Origin: Camelus ferus
Taxonomy: Eukaryota
Direction: 5' to 3'
Assembly (NCBI RefSeq): GCF_009834535.1
Contig: NC_045696.1
Span: 6,264,001 to 6,328,000, forward strand
DNA: 64,000 bases
Shown: positions 13,111 to 24,468 of the stretch, in pieces
Position numbering within the stretch: position 1 is the stretch's first letter
How the letters are laid out: each line of letters begins with the position of its first letter
Translations under genes and position numbers: made by a program
The notes under the pieces: model-generated
What the model saw: only the letters and a program-made list of their open reading frames with translations
Told to the model about the DNA's origin: nothing
Database searches by the model: none

Positions 13111-15835
13111 GTATGTCTGCTGCCTTTGTCACCTATGTGGGAGGGGCTGTAAATGGACCAGCAGGCGCTTCCATGGCTGCTCACCATGACCGTGGGGTGC
13201 GTGCTGCCCTCTGCTCCTGGTGTCAGGAGTGGGACAGAGCCTTCTCACAAACAACAACAGCTGTTGTTCACTCAAGATCCCCGTGTTTTCTGTCAAGAAG
13301 GCAGCTCTTCGGGACATCTAGTTTTCCATCTTTCCAGGAGTTGACGTCCGCGTATGAAACGTTCACTGTTGCTGAGACAAGGTGGCCGCGAAAATCTGTG
13401 TGTAGGGAGTGCTCCTTGTCTGGTGGTTTGGAGAATGAGGAGGTTTCACATACCTGAACGTACAACGCCTTGCGCGTGTCCACTTGGCACTGCCACAAAC
13501 TCTGTCTCATTGGACTTGCACCATCTCTCTTTTACCCACAATTTGCAGATGGGCAGATGGAGGGTGAGAGTGCCTACTGGCCACTGGTGGTCAGCACCAA
13601 CCCGGCTCTGAGTCCAGGTCTCTCTGGGCACCATGGCTGCTTTGCAAATGAAACCTGCCCTTCAGGTGCTCACACGTGTTTATTAGCTTTGACCATTTGC
13701 AATGAGAATTTTCCAACTAACACAGTCACATGTGTTCTTCTGCCTCTCTCTGCGCAGAACATGGGGCTCCCTAGATCATCAAATCTGGGGGGATGGGGCT
13801 CATAGCAATTGACCATGGCAGGGTTGGCTCCCACATTCCTCGATTTCTGCTTTCTGCAGGACCAGGGGCTGTTTGGCTGCCTTGAGCAGTTTGCTCTCAT
13901 ACCAAAGTTCCCAAATGGCTGTGTTTTTGGAGTTCTTGCACAATTTTCTGACTTTTTTGCTTTGATGGGGCTGGCTGTTACCTCATGCGGCTGGTAGCGT
14001 GTCTTTCTCTGGCAAAACTCCCCTCTCCCCAGACTCTGTGACATTTTTTTGGATCCTTTGTGGCTTCTCAGCTGTGTCATGGATAATTTACATTGTCAGA
14101 TAAATACCTCCTGAATAAATGAACTATTAATAACACCATAATGCGAATTTAAAAATACCATTGCACATACTTAATAGAATCTTCTCTGGGCTTTGCTCTG
14201 GTCTTTAAGTCAGATCCAACAATATTCCATCATAAATCAAGTCGTTCTTTTGGCATAGGAGAGGTTTTGGCACAAATGTGTACTATAGGATGACACAACA
14301 TAGGAAATTTCAGCCATGCTTTTTAGCCCTCATCCTCTTTGCAGCAATTGGAAACTAAATATTGTTTTAATCGCTTGTCCGTGGAGAGCATTTAACCAAG
14401 TAATAATCAATATGGGCTTTTGGATTTAGAGAAAAAGAAATTTGGCAGCACCTTAATTAACTCAAGATCTGTGCAGCCACGCAAAGCAGGACCTAATTCA
14501 CTGCTGTCCCTGCCTTCCCTGCTGAGTGGCCTGTCACCGAGCACGGGAGGCTCCCACGGCTCCAGGAGGCTGGTTGGTTATCCTACATCAGTGTGAAGAA
14601 TGCACTTTGAAATTGTGTTTAGGATTATATGATCATTTATCAAGGTGAATATTCTTGGTCCTGAAAATTTGTAAAACGTCCACAGTTATAAAGAAGAAAG
14701 TAAGACACCCTTGAAATTCATGCTGGAAACTCAACGACCACTTCCGGTAGCGAGTTCATGTGCTTCCTCAGAGTCTGCCTCCTTCTCCTTCTGTCTTCCC
14801 TCTTGTCTGTCATTTATCTGTTTTCTTTTTCTTTTTCCAATATTGGAATCAGACTATAGATATGGTGTTGTACCCTAATTTTTTCCCAAGAACTTGGGTT
14901 TTCCATATCCTACCAAACCCTTTGCTCCACCAGTTGGGCAGTTTGGATTAAATGCCTTGAAGTGCAAGCCCACGGCCTTGAGGCTGGGGGCCTCCTGGGT
15001 GGAGTGGGAGCTCAGCTGGCTTGTGGAACCATTTATAAATAGTATTGCCCATTGCAAATATTGATTTTGATGCAATACTTAAGGCATTTTCTAATTTGAA
15101 AATATTTTCAACTGAAAAAGTTGCCATTTGCAATTTGTCATGTTGTGAGGATTCTGTTAAGTGTAATAAATATTATGGGATTGGATATTTGACTTGGAAA
15201 GTTGCATGAGCACAAAAATTCCTGTATCTCCAAAAAAAGTGATTGGATTTTAGAGTTATACTGACAGGCATATTCTAAGAAAGATTTTTGTTTTTTTGGT
15301 ATGGTAGTGCTCGAATCTCTTAAAAAATGCAGATCCTTGAAACATCTATGAATTGAAAGAATTGTTTCTTTCCTGGGGCTAAAACAATTGTCTAATTACT
15401 GTTCTCAGGATGTTGAATAAACCCCGTTACTTTTTGTTTGGACCAGAGAAATGTGCTAAAATAAATGATCTGGAGAAACTATTATTACTAAAGCTGGGGG
15501 CTGTAAGGGAAGGAAAACATTTTCAAAATATTTTCTTTGCAAAATTAGATGTGGGCTTCAGTACGTTTGTTCAGGCTTGGCCTTCATCTCATTCCTACTT
15601 TTTGCTTCATAATGCTGCACTTCCCTTAGAGAAATGTTGCCACGACTCCCACCCCCTCACTTTTTTTTTTTTAAAGGGAAGGATTTTAAGTTCATTCCGA
15701 TTTTAAGTTCATTCCCCTTTTAAGCTATTTAAAAATAATGTTTAAGGGATAGGTTTTGCTGCTAAATGTACAGTTGATCCTTGGTTTAAATATTTGGAAA
15801 AAACCAAGGTTTAATATATTTAAATTCTCTTTCAG

Positions 15836-15948
15836 GTTATTTCAAGATCTTTGAAGACCCAAGAAAAGCCGTGTTGACCAAAAAAAAAAAAAAAACAAGA
15901 CAAATGACTCACAAAGAAAAAAGATGGGGAAGCCAAGGGCAATTAAAG
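15836..15948 (+). other. ERG: ERG 5'-UTR exon (orthologue of human exon 2), 113 nt
   Basis: Acceptor ttctctttcag|GTTATTTCAAGATCTTTGAAGACCCAAGAAAAGCCGTGTTGACC and donor GGGCAATTAAAG|gtaaag. Closely matches recalled human GTTATTCCAGGATCTTTGGAGACCCGAGGAAAGCCGTGTTGACC...CAAGGGCAACTAAAG. Confidence 0.88.
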
Positions 15949-16751
15949 GTAAAGCAAAAAACCCAGATAATCCCACCCTCCTAGTCCAGAATTTTTTTTA
16001 ATATAAATATGTGAGTATCTTGTATCTTTAATATTTGATATTTGTGGTCCCAAACCTCCAAAGACTTTTTCTTGGAACCTTTGATGTACTTTGAGGGATT
16101 GTATTGGTTCCATTGATTCTCTGCCCAGCACCCTCTGCCCAGCACCCTCTGCCCCAAATAAGTTGCCTCTTGCCCAGTATTACCAGTTCCTGCCCTCAAC
16201 ACTATAGAATTTCAAAATCACTGCTTTCTAAGTACTATAGCCATCATGACTCCTTTTTCCACCGCCTTCTACTTTCTTCTGCTCCTTCCAAAAGAATCAA
16301 AGGGCCAAGGACGGTGTCTACAGATCTGTGCTTTTATGATGATTATATTTTTCTGTCCTGTTACAAGATTTGGCTTGTAGTTACGTTATAGTCATTTTAT
16401 TTGACTTCAGTCAAAACCTCATTTCGAGAGGCACACACAGGGAGTGAGTCTCTGCATAATGAATGCAAAAAAAGTAAATAAATACAGGTAGGGGATATCA
16501 GCATTTTGTCTACAAAACATGCCCCACAGTTCTGCAAGACTGTCAGACTTCCCTCAAAAAAGCATTCTAGGGGTGGGAAGAGATGATAATGGGGCCCACA
16601 TAACACTCATGTGGCCACAGAACTTGAGTCTCTCCTCCGCTGAAAATAAGCCAGGAGAGGTGAGTAGACACTGTGGAGTCAAATGTGGTCCCTGAGGCCA
16701 CGCCCCGTCAGGGCCTGGAATCTTCATCACATAAAATACGGAAAATAAAGG

Positions 16752-17140
16752 TGTATTAGTTTGCAGGGCTGCTGTAACAAAGTACCCCAGACTGGGCTTA
16801 GACAACAGAGATCTATTCTCTCCCAGCTCCGGAGTCTGGATGTCTGAGGTCAGGGCTGGGGCGGGGCTGGCTCCTTCCGAGGGCATGAGGGGGAATCTGC
16901 CCCGGATCTCACTCCTTGGCTTGTGGACGGTCATCTTCCCCCTGGGTCTTCACTTGGTCTTCCCTCTACCTATGTCTCCGTGTCACAATGTTCCTTTTTA
17001 TAAAAAAAAAAAAATGGGGACACCCGTCATATTGGATTAGGGCCTGCCCTGATCACCTCTGTGAAGACGTGGTCTCCTAATACAGTCACATTCTGAGCTA
17101 CGGGGAGTTTAGACTCTAACACACGAAGGGTCATGTGATT
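16752..17140 (-). mobile_element. MaLR LTR (MLT1A-D-like)
   Basis: tgtattagtttgcagggctgctgtaacaaagtacc...attctctcccagctccggagtctgga...cattggattagggcc...gtcacattctgag. Confidence 0.85.
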
Positions 17141-17310
17141 GATGTAGATCAGCCCATGCACCAGCGACTTGTATTCGTTGGAGAAGATAAGCTGTGTCCT
17201 ACTGCAGAAGTTCAGTCTCTTATTTTTAGACAAATGTAAAGGTACATTTGATTCCTTGTACCTCCGCCTCCTGCTGGTCTGTCTGGCTTACTTGTGGGGC
17301 GGGCAGGCAC

Positions 17311-17470
17311 CAGGGCTGGGACTAGGGTAAGCCAAGCGGGGCACCACATTTAAGGAGGTTCTCCTTCTCATATGCTGATTGTGCACCTGCAGGAGCCCGG
17401 GAGGGAGCACCTCCTTAAATCGTGAGTCCTGGGGGGTGGGGGTCTCCCTTGCCTCTCCCTTCCTCCCACT
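17311..17470. mobile_element. MER91-type palindromic hAT MITE
   Basis: Starts CAGGGCTGGGACTAGGGT; internal perfect inverted repeat ATTTAAGGAGGT (17348-17359) / ACCTCCTTAAAT (17409-17420). Confidence 0.7.
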
Positions 17471-18019
17471 CCATGTGGGAGACTGCTGCCTGGGGAGGAA
17501 TCAGACCTGTGCAGTCCTTAGGGTAGGCTTTGCTGGTGACGGACCGACACGCCTCACACCCACTCTTCTAGAACCAGTGTGCCTAATGATGAGCCCAAGC
17601 CGTGAACAGATCCACTGTGATGAGCTTACACAGAGCCACCGTGCCTGGAGTGTCTTCACTTAATGACCGGTTAGCTTCAAGTTAAAAATTCAGTTTTGAA
17701 AATTAAGAGCAGAGGGAAAAATTAACAGTTTATTTCTTGAGAATTATTTTTCTCAAAATCGCAAGATTTTATGCAGTATCAAAAACGTTGCTTTCCTGTC
17801 CATAATGCTTACCACTTAATAAGTGTTTTCAAGTGCCTTGCTCTGGTAGAGGCTTCTGAGGCAACATTCAGTTTAATCTTCACGAAGGCCTTATGGAGTA
17901 GGCGGGGGAGGTTAGCCAGAGAGTGGTTCTATTTGGGCCCTAAGCAGTTGGAAGAGCTATTGGCCAGATCTTGTGTTCACACCTGTGTGAATCGCTAAAC
18001 ATCAATTTGGAAGTGGTAA

Positions 18020-18790
18020 CTGAGGGTGATTTCCCGTCCTGACGGCAAATAGGTGGTGTCTCTTCCAACACCATCAACCAGTCTTCCAGCTCTCCAGCAC
18101 CAACTGAGCACCCTACAATTTGATTCAATTCAGAGTTCGCGTCAGACCCCGCAGGCTGAAGACTCCATCCCACAAGATTGCCCCACCCCAGCCCCCTACT
18201 CCAGACGCCAATGGAAAGTATCGGGTCCCTAGGTTACCCACACTCCTGTCCAACTTGGCTACAAAGTTGAGGGTTCCCCCAGTACCCCCTTCAGGATTCA
18301 GTAATTGGCTAGAAGGAGTCACAGAACTCAGGCAAATGCTGTCCTTACAGTTTATCATAAAGGGTATGGGTGAACAGACAGGTGGGAGTTCACAAGGTGA
18401 GGTGTAGAAGGGTCCTGAGCACAGGAGCGTCCGTCTCTGTGGAGTTGGGGGGCACCACCCTCTCAGCACGTGGGTGTGTTCACCAACTTGGAAGCTCTCT
18501 GAATCCTGTCCTTTAGGGGTTTTATGAGGATTTCATCATGTACGCAAGACCGATTATGAATTCAGTCTCCAGCTCCCAAAGGATGGGGTGGGGCTGAAAG
18601 TTCCAGGCTCCAGGCAAGGCTTGGTCTTTCTGAGTCCATGCTGAAGCTGTCTGGGGGTCCGCCAAGAGCCACTCCGTTAAAACAAAACCTGCTTCTGTCA
18701 CCCTCATCACTCAGGAAGTTCCATGGGTTTTAAGAGCTCTGCACGGGGAACTGGCAACAAAGACCACATATGATTTTTATGCCACAGTAA
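18020..18790. mobile_element. MER21-type LTR
   Basis: caccaactgagcaccctacaatttgattcaattc...cccacaagattgcccc...ggatggggtgggctgaaagttcca...catcactcaggaagttccatgggttttaagagctctg resembles MER21. Confidence 0.75.
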
Positions 18791-20759
18791 CGTTATCCCC
18801 ATTTCACAGATGTGGCGCTAAAGGCCATGGAGGATAGCATGACCTTTTCTAGGTTTCCGAGGAGGAAAAGAGGAAAACCCAGTCTGGCCCCCACCCCCAT
18901 CCAACTCTGCCCCTCTGCTGGGAAGCTGCTGTGCCTTCTTGGAGTGCCCCCTGGCCGCCTCCCCTCCCACGCCGACCCTGAGGTGCCTGGGAGCCCAGAA
19001 CTCCTGCCTGGACGGGCCTGATCATCTTCCGGGTCTTCATGTGCCTCTTTTCTGGAGCCCATCTCCTTGGGCAGGTCCTGTGTGTGTTTCCCTAGGCCTG
19101 AAGGATGGCCAGCAAGGTTGCTGTTTAACAGAACATGGCCATGTAGACTGGGTGTCCGCATGACTGGGAGAAGGTGGGGAGTGCCTCGCCAAGGGGACAG
19201 AACTGGGTTGGGAAGAGAAGAGGGGAAGGGCGTGTCCATGTCTGTTCTGGCCCCAGCCCTGCAGATATTCAGGGCGACTCTTGACCATTTTGCAGCATTG
19301 CTTCCCTAATTACAGTCCTCTTGGACTGTTTTCCTCTTGGCCCTGTGCACCAGTCCACACTTGGTGCAATTATAGCTAAAGCATCCCAAATCAAGTATTT
19401 GTGTCTGTTTAGTAAACCATTGGGCTTTTAAAAAGTAAGAATGAAGATGGGAGCATTTTATTTTTCAAACTACCCGATAATAAAGGAATACTGGATCATG
19501 AAATGCAGTCATAAACGCATACATTCCCAAACGAATTTATCACAAGAAATATATATGAAAGAAAAGGGTTTTTAGACAGCGTGGATTCAAGTTCTACGAG
19601 GGTTCAAGGGCAGGTAAGATAGAAAGCAAAAAGCTCCCACAGTGACATAAAAGCATCATGTCATTCATTCATCAACGACTGAATATTTGAGAAATGACCA
19701 TTAGAAACATAAAAGTAAGTTAGAAGTGCTCTTCAAAAGTCCACAAAATACCTCTCAAATGACAAAAAAGAGCAGGCACCAGATGCCCTCAGAGACGGTT
19801 GAGGGCATTTGTGGAGGGAGGAGGCACAGGAAGGATGGTAGAGCTTCCATCCTCCTGAGATTTAGGTGCGTTGCTTTTTAGGGGGTCTGGTTTGGAGATT
19901 CGCAGCACCATTCACATTGAATGGCTGATGAATCCCTTGGGTTGACAGTGATCCTGGTGGTGGCGGTGGGTTAGGGTCACATGCTCTGACTCCCTGAGAT
20001 GGGGGAGCTGGGAGGAACTTTTGTTCCTGCTTCCCTGCCTTCCTGCCAACCCACATGCCTCTTGATCTTCAAAACTCCTTGGCGGCACCTCCTTGGCTTT
20101 CCGTGTGAGTCCGCTCTCTCCCTGGTCTAAGTATTCCCCTCACCCCTCGTTTGGCACTGCCACTGGCTGCCTGCTCCCAGAACTGAGCTCTCGGTGTCTG
20201 TGTGAACTGTTTCCCCATCTCCATCCCTTGAGGGGTGGGACAGTGTTGCATCTGGAATCTATACATGCACTTCCCTGCAGTTTCATCTTTAGGCATTGAA
20301 AATATCCCAAACTTCCCCATAAAAGATGTGAGACATAAACAGTCGTTATTAAGTTTATGTCTTGCTTTGTTACAGACTGAATGGCCTTGGTAACTTCTGT
20401 GATGTTTCTGTGGCCTTGGATATCCTGAATGTCGAACCCATTTCATTGCATTTGGAATCCCCAGCAGGCTGGCAGGGTCCCACCATGTGAAGTGAGAAGT
20501 CAGCTGCCCCTGGGAAGGGCTCTGAGAATCCCAGAGTCCTCTGGTAGAAGTTTCTCAGTTACTCTTCAGTTTTTCCAAACTCATTCTGAGGGCGGGAACG
20601 GGGTTTGAGATCATGTCTCTTAGATGGATGGAAATGGTTTGTTTGTGGGTTGGGATGAAGTTGGTTTCCTTTGAAAGCCCTGGTGGAGTCTCCTTTCATC
20701 TCTCTAGCTGGGAAAGTTTCAAGGGGCACCTTGGTAACCTGGTTATTAAGAGCATGGAA

Positions 20760-21470
20760 TGTATATCAGTGATTTACTGTCACAGAAATGCTGTGTAACA
20801 ATATACCTCAAATCCCAGCAGTTTAAAACAAGTAGCATTTGAACAGCAAGGTTTAGCACAAGGAACTATATTCAATGATGTGTAGTAACAGATAATGAAA
20901 AAGAATATAAAAATATACATATATATATGTATAACTGAGTCACTATGCTGTACATCAGAAACTGATGCAACATTGTAAATCAACTATACTTCAATTAAAA
21001 AAAAGACAGAAAAAATTTCCCCTAAAACAAGAAACATTTGTTAGCTCTTGAGCCAGTGGGTCGGTCTCAGGTTGACCTTGCCTGGACAGTTTTAGGTTTT
21101 GCTGTCTCCCTCCCATGCCTGGAATCTGTTGGTCCCTCAGATGGACCATCTAGAGTGGTCCTGGCTGGGGAGACTGGGTGACTGGGCTTTGCTCCGCGTG
21201 CCTCTCATCCTCAGCACGTGAGCCTGGGCGTGTTCCCATGGGGGTGGAAAGCTGCAAGTGGAAGCACTTGATGCCTCTGGAAGCTTCGGCTGGGAACCGA
21301 CACACTGTCCTTCTGCTGAGATCTGTGGGATGCAGCGAGTCCTGTGGACAGCCCCCGAATGAGGTCTGGGGCAGCGGACTCTGCCTCTTTAGTGAGAGGA
21401 ACCACAGTCACGTGGCAAAAAGCGTGGACGCAGGGAGGAGTGGAGACCTTGGACCATCACTTAATCTACC
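20760..21470. mobile_element. Old MLT1 LTR interrupted by an L1 3' fragment
   Basis: atgctgtgtaacaa...cctcaaatcccagcagtttaaaacaa resumes after the L1 as catttgttagctc...; ends ...cacttaatctaccaca. Confidence 0.7.
20842..21022 (+). mobile_element. Short LINE-1 3' end with TSD
   Basis: tagcacaaggaactatattcaat...caactatacttcaattaaaaaaaa; flanked by TAAAACAAGTAGCATTTG (20824-20841) and TAAAACAAGAAACATTTG (21023-21040). Confidence 0.88.
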
Positions 21471-23359
21471 ACAGTGTGACAGTAAAACATCAGCTGCTTG
21501 GTCTCTGTCTTCTCTCTGTATCTGGAACACACGGAATTTCGATTATCTGTGTGTGGAATGAGCTGTCCCCAGCCGAGTAACCTAACAGAACAACTGATTT
21601 GTTCCTTGTAACCCTTTGGGCTGAGCGGACTCAGCTGGACAGTTCTGCTTCTTTTGAGATCGGCAGGGGCTGTGGTCATCGGAGAGACAGCCCCTCTGGA
21701 ACGTCCAGGATGGCTCCCTTGGAGGCCTGGCACATGGTGCTGGTGTCCGCCGGGCACCCAGCACGGGCCTCTGCCGTGTGGCTGTGCTGGGACAGGGGAC
21801 TGGGTTCCCAGAGGCAGGGAGGGCAAGCTTCTGGTTCTTTCAAGGCCTGGGCTGAGGCTTCTGTGGCGTTCTCAGGATAGGGGCTGCCATTAAGTTGGCT
21901 TGGGGTCTGAGGGGAGGGGACGAGCTTGAGTGCGGGGGACGGGCCGTGGCACGTGTGTGCAGGGGGGCCTTGTGCAGGGTGAGCTGTCCCAGAGAGATGC
22001 TGAAGCCTACGGGAAGAGTGTCTGTTCCTGAGAGTGGGGTCCTGCAGTGGTGTGGGGGGGGCTTCTTTTTTGTCAGGAAGGCTCAAGGATGGAGCCTGGT
22101 GACCCTAGGAGCAGAGTGGTGTTTTCCTGAGGTGACTGCTGCTCTCCTGGGGAGGCCGTCTTGGGGGAGTTGAAGGATTCCACCCCCCACCAGAGGAGCC
22201 GGTTCCCGGAGACCTTTGGCCAGGCCCCCTCCTCTCAGCCTCTCCTCTCACCAGTGCGCCAGAAGCCGGGTTACCTCCAACAGCTACTCAATGCAGTTTC
22301 AAGACAGTGTTTCATTCCTTTTGCATTTTTAACAACTATTATCCCCGCAAAGGACTTGCTTTAGACTTAGGGGGAAAAATTGCACACTTTCCAAAATTGA
22401 GAAATTTCACTATAGTAATGTCTAAGGTCCCAGGTTTGCCATTGTCTGGGCCAGCCAAGCTCCCCTGATCTTGGGCGGACCCCATGGGGCTGTTCTGGGG
22501 ATAGGCCCCCAGCATGCAAACCTGGAGCTGAAGGCCTCCCCTGAGAAGCCCGTCTACTTTGGAAGTGGATAGGTTTGTACCGTAAGAGGGTGGAAAAGCC
22601 CAGAACACAGAGGTACTTGGGACGCCTGCGAGTGCTCGAGCATATCCCTGGAAGCAGGTGTTCGGTAACAAACCTGAGGGTCAGCCTTTGTGTCTGCTCT
22701 GCAGTCTTGTAGTGAAGATGTTTATTTTTATCTTGCGGTTTACTCCTGCTAAGAGGCATGGGCTAGATTTACGAAGAAGAAACAGAAAACACCAAAAAAA
22801 TAATAGTTAATTGAGAAAAAGTGATGGTACCTTAAAAAATATAAATTAGAAGAGGTATTTTCAGTGCCAGAAAACAACAACTGATGGCTAAGATCTACAG
22901 AGAACCAAAGACTGGTTGGGGAGTGGTCACTGGAGCCTGGAGCCCTGGGGGTGGGTCCCGAGGATGGGAGAGGTCACCAGGGAATCCAGATTGTGGCCAA
23001 ACATGGAGGGAGCCTCCCATGGGTGGAGGGAAGGTGTAGGGAAGAAATAGCCCTGTCCTCTCCTCTCACTCGCTGATCTCCAGATGGTGTCACATTGATC
23101 AAACCTAACCAGAGCTCAGCTGAGGCAGCTGACAGGGGTCAGCCCTGGTGGGGATAGTGCAGGGTGGGGGTGGGGGTGGGAGGTGGAGATGGAGTGGGGC
23201 AGACAGACAAGAACCAGAACACACTGGTTTAGAATCTGAATTAAGGAATATATTGGATGAAGTATTTATCCCTAGAGTATGGGCACGTTTAAATTTAAAT
23301 GAATTAAAATTTCTTCAAAATACTGGGTAAAACCTGTTAATTATGTCAAGCCAAAATTT

Positions 23360-23580
23360 CTTAGAGTCAGGCCAGTCTGACTTGAATCCTGTCTCTGTTG
23401 CTTATTAACCAGGGGATCCTGGACAAATGAGTGACCTCCCTGGGTGTCCATGTCCCCAGCTGGACAGTGAGAATGAGAACGCTCAGAGTGGCAGTCAGGG
23501 TCAAATGAGAAATGCGTATGGTGTCCTCAGCCCAGGGGCTGCCACTTAAGCACTCAGTGTACAGTAGTTGTGCTTTTTAT
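23360..23580 (+). mobile_element. MIR SINE
   Basis: agagtcaggccagtctgacttgaatcctgtctctg...tcaaatgagaaatgcgtatg...taagcactcag follows the MIR consensus. Confidence 0.7.
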
Positions 23581-23998
23581 TAAGAGCTTAATTATGAAGC
23601 TGAAAGACGTGTAGAAGGCATTAGCTTCGATAGAAACTTCAAAAGTCCAATTCTCTCAATATAATAGAAAATGTTTCATTTTGGGGGTCTCGTTTCTTCC
23701 TTTAAACAATCACTCAAAGATGCTGCCCATGTAAAATGATGTGTGTGAACTGTCTTTGACTTGGATTTTGGGGGGCCTGTCATATTAGGGTTTGGGGGAC
23801 TAAAAGTAAGTGATAGTCCCAACAGGGGAGAAGTGGGTTTCCTAGTCACTTCATTTACTATGCATATCTAAAGACAAACATTTAAATGTGGAACCCGGGA
23901 TTATTTTACCATGGGTGTGCTGTGTTCAGTTCTAATGGAAAACAAAACAGAAACGTGGTTGTTTATTACTGTTTGTCTTGCCCCTTTGTGTCTCCCAG

Positions 23999-24086
23999 CT
24001 GACTCAGGTTCTGAGCGGATGCTGACTCAGTTGGCCTCCTGAGGGACATGATTCAGACTGTCCCGGACCCAGCAGCTCATATCAAG
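23999..24086 (+). other. ERG: ERG exon carrying the start codon (orthologue of human exon 3), 88 nt
   Basis: Pyrimidine tract ttgtcttgcccctttgtgtctcccag| as acceptor and CATATCAAG|gtaggt as donor; contains GGACATGATTCAGACTGTCCCGGACCCAGCAGCTCATATCAAG. Confidence 0.92.
24048..24086 (+). CDS. ERG: ERG first coding segment, MIQTVPDPAAHIK (13 codons, ends in phase 0; CDS continues outside the window)
   Basis: ATG ATT CAG ACT GTC CCG GAC CCA GCA GCT CAT ATC AAG translates to the known N-terminus of long ERG isoforms and is followed directly by a GT donor. Too short for the ORF track. Confidence 0.95.
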
Positions 24087-24170
24087 GTAGGTTCCATCTC
24101 AGCCAGGAAGCTACCCCTGGCTTCCCCCTGCACTGGTTTCCATAGATGCCTGCCTCGCTCTTGGTGAATG

Positions 24171-24468
24171 CAGGGCTCAGCCAACCACAGCCGCGGGCCA
24201 GTACAGTTCTGTTTTTATACAGTCCTGGAGCTAAGAAGATGGTCTTCATATTTTTCATTGATTGAAAAAAAAATCAAAGGAAGACTAATGTTTCCTAAGG
24301 CATGCAAATGATACAAAATTTAGATTTCATCGCCCAGTCTCATCACATACTGTCTAGGGCTGCCTTCACACTGTCCTGGCAAGTTGAGTCGTCTCAACAG
24401 AGACCACATGGCTCAAAGCTGACAGTATTGACTCTCTGGGTCTTTGCAGACAAAAGATCACTGACCCC
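24171..24468. mobile_element. MER58-type hAT-Charlie DNA transposon remnant
   Basis: Ends cagggctcagccaac and gatcactgacccc; internal gagctaagaagatggtcttcatattttt and caagttgagtcgtctcaacagagaccacatggc. Confidence 0.75.
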
